Part shown: positions 62,441-64,000 of the stretch, piece after piece
How the letters are laid out: each line of letters begins with the position of its first letter
How positions within the stretch are numbered: the stretch's first letter is position 1
Origin: a virus
Length of the DNA stretch: 64,000 nucleotides
Direction: 5' to 3' (one strand)
Virus record (IMG/VR): IMGVR_UViG_3300044644_001125
Location: 83,623-147,622 of that record
Notes under the pieces: generated by a model
The model's input: only the letters and a program-made list of their open reading frames with translations
What the model was told of the DNA's origin: nothing
Databases searched by the model: none
Made by a program: the position numbers and the translations under genes

Positions 62441-62995
62441 ATGACTAAAGTTAGTTCAGGCTCGTTACTTATTGCACCACCTACATTTCCAGAAGGATGT
62501 TTCACTGAAACAGTTCATTTGGTAACACACCATACAAAAGGTGGTACTTTTGCACTTTGCTTAAATCAACCAACAGACTTGACACTTCAAGATGTTTTAG
62601 TTGACTTGAATATCGCGGCTGATGTTAACTTTCCAATGTATTGGGGTGGTCCAGTAGATCCAACTTCGGTTTGGATGCTACATGATGCTGAATGGGAATG
62701 TGGTAGTACAATTCAATTTCACAAAGATTGGGCAATGACTTCTAATAAAGACATGCTTTACATGATGGCTGATGGGAATGTTCCCAAATATTTCAGACTC
62801 ATGTATGGTTTTTGTTCTTGGGGTAGAGGTCAACTAGAAGCAGAATTGGCTGGGAATGAACCTTGGTCACCTAATACTTCTTGGTTAATTGCAGATAATC
62901 CAGACCCCTACTGGGTAATGGAAGAACCAATAGAAGACTTATGGCATTCAGCTACTATGCTAAGTGCACATCAAGCAGTAAACAAATGGCTTTAA
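62441..62995 (+). CDS. YqgE/AlgH family (UPF0301) protein
   Basis: Start at ATG 62441 (MTKVSS). LLIAPP..F..TV.L..H...G..G...N.P...YWGGPV motif set. The six-frame ORF extends upstream into the previous gene. Confidence 0.6.
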   Translation: MTKVSSGSLLIAPPTFPEGCFTETVHLVTHHTKGGTFALCLNQPTDLTLQDVLVDLNIAADVNFPMYWGGPVDPTSVWMLHDAEWECGSTIQFHKDWAMTSNKDMLYMMADGNVPKYFRLMYGFCSWGRGQLEAELAGNEPWSPNTSWLIADNPDPYWVMEEPIEDLWHSATMLSAHQAVNKWL

Positions 62996-63009
62996 ACTAG
63001 AATGGGTAC

Positions 63010-63246
63010 CTAGGTACCCATTTCTCTTACTGGCCAACACAGCCTATTAAACGCATCGTGATCAGATTCGCAGTAAGCTAAACACCACATACTATCATTA
63101 GTTTGCTTATACAACTCACCTAACTCAACAATCGTTGGTAACCGCCAACCAGTCTTACCATCAATATTCAAAGAAAAACAATAGAGTTTAGCATCACTGT
63201 ACGACATTACCTGTTGATATTCAGTTGGCGTGGGTTCTAGTTTCAT
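63010..63246 (-). CDS. DUF1566-like small protein
   Basis: MKLEPTPTEY..LYCFSLNIDGKTGWRLPTIVEL..CWPVREMGT. Confidence 0.55.
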   Translation of the reverse strand: MKLEPTPTEYQQVMSYSDAKLYCFSLNIDGKTGWRLPTIVELGELYKQTNDSMWCLAYCESDHDAFNRLCWPVREMGT

Positions 63247-63494
63247 TTGATATGAGCAACGTCATCGATGATAGTCATAGTGCCCTTACAACAAATATTC
63301 CATTTTGTTTCTCCATACTCAACTGTAGTTGAATCAGTAACTGGTACTGTAATATTTAACGATTTAACCAAATTCTCAACGCCATCTTCAAACACACGCC
63401 ATACTAGTGGTGTTTCGTTATTGTGCTTGGTATTAAATCTAATGTGATATTCTTTCATTTTTGTTTCCTTTAAATAGGTATTTAATGCTCGCAC
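63243..63494 (-). CDS. hypothetical protein
   Basis: 83 aa; 4-nt overlap with downstream gene. Confidence 0.5.
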   Translation of the reverse strand: MRALNTYLKETKMKEYHIRFNTKHNNETPLVWRVFEDGVENLVKSLNITVPVTDSTTVEYGETKWNICCKGTMTIIDDVAHIK

Positions 63495-63555
63495 CTAGCG
63501 GTGCTCGCAATATCTAAGTTAAGATACAAGTCGCGAGCACCGCTAGGTGCGAGCC
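63487..63555. repeat. two GC-hairpin elements in inverted orientation
   Basis: gctcgcacctagcggtgctcgc and gcgagcaccgctaggtgcgagcc; same stem variant as 22126-22148. Confidence 0.6.
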
Positions 63556-63562
63556 AATGCAG

Positions 63563-63838
63563 TTATTTTTTCAACAAATCAAACAACCCGTACTTAGACT
63601 TGGGTATCCACTTAGTTGCATTCGGTCCGCATATCTTTTCACTATACCTAGCAGTAGAGCAGTAACCTATGCTAGCTGGTGTGGTTTGTCCTAACACTGG
63701 ATCGTATTCTGCATCAATAACATACAGTAAGCATTTGTAATTGTAACTTTTTGGATTACCAAACGTCATTACCTTATCAATCAAACTGATACTAGAGTAA
63801 ACACAATCTTTACACAACAATTCTGATTGTTCAGTCAT
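63563..63838 (-). CDS. Cys-containing hypothetical protein
   Basis: 91-aa ORF. Confidence 0.5.
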   Translation of the reverse strand: MTEQSELLCKDCVYSSISLIDKVMTFGNPKSYNYKCLLYVIDAEYDPVLGQTTPASIGYCSTARYSEKICGPNATKWIPKSKYGLFDLLKK

Positions 63839-64000
63839 TATATTTTTTCACCTCTTGAAAATCCACGGAATCTGATGAATCGTGGAAAACGTAAACTAAA
63901 AGTGCCATCTTGATTTTGTGAAACTGCATCAGCACGAACTTCTACTACTTGACCAAGCATATTATCTTTACAAGCCCAGTTAGAAGTACGTTCTTCATCG

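Noticed and set aside
62321-62995. Long form of the YqgE/AlgH ORF starting at 62321
   Set aside because: The upstream extension overlaps the lipoprotein gene in another frame. The family N-terminus aligns with the ATG at 62441.
1-64000. Eukaryotic giant-virus origin (many small genes, TnpB/Fanzor-like gene, AT-rich)
   Set aside because: Canonical sigma70 -35/-10 promoters at 17-nt spacing, GGAG Shine-Dalgarno sites 8-10 nt before ATG, ATGA-coupled gene overlaps, a PAAR/tail-fibre module and a bacterial-type tRNA all indicate a bacteriophage.

Overview
The window is 64 kb of an AT-rich (about 37% GC) large tailed-phage genome, most likely a lytic phage of a Gram-negative host. I read it as phage because of bacterial sigma70 promoters, GGAG Shine-Dalgarno sites, a PAAR baseplate tip, a tail fibre, homing endonucleases, a tRNA and a very dense array of small genes. 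The backbone is about 110 small to medium genes on the minus strand, most of them hypothetical. Nearly every one is preceded by an almost identical cassette reading, in gene orientation, CTAAAAGATAAT - TTGACA - 17 nt carrying an inverted repeat - TATA(A/C)T - CCACCTTAACAAAGCACTACGGAGTAAACAAG-ATG. This resembles the promoter-early stem-loop modules of T4-type hyperplastic regions. A second leader class, TTACCCGCTGTG ... CGTATAGGAGAG-ATG, serves a sub-cluster at 17.5-22 kb. Short plus-strand islands interrupt the backbone and look horizontally acquired: a tail fibre, two related HNH homing endonucleases, a caspase-like peptidase, an IS200/IS605-type TnpB, and a ParB/lipase/AlgH island.

Recognisable products include:
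- GroES, a MoxR-type AAA+ ATPase and a vWA/HExxH protein, adjacent to one another
- a PAAR spike tip
- GT4 glycosyltransferase, a second AAA ATPase, HNH and GIY-YIG nucleases
- two AraC-HTH proteins, an SPFH lipoprotein, a SLOG-like protein, a RelE/YafQ-like protein, a lipase_3 and a tRNA-Met(CAU)

The most unusual features are:
- an approximately 24-member expansion of small DUF1566/Lcl-C-terminal-like proteins (WRLPT...VRxVRD), in translationally coupled tandem arrays
- a family of about 24 GC-rich hairpin repeats (GCGAG-stem-loop-stem-CGAGCC) whose stems covary, clustered at homing-endonuclease and cassette boundaries
- a hyper-abundant 12-mer, CTAAAAGATAAT (more than 70 copies), placed either just upstream of -35 or inside the promoter spacer, and arrayed in intergenic regions

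All functional calls are made from motifs read by eye. No database search was possible.
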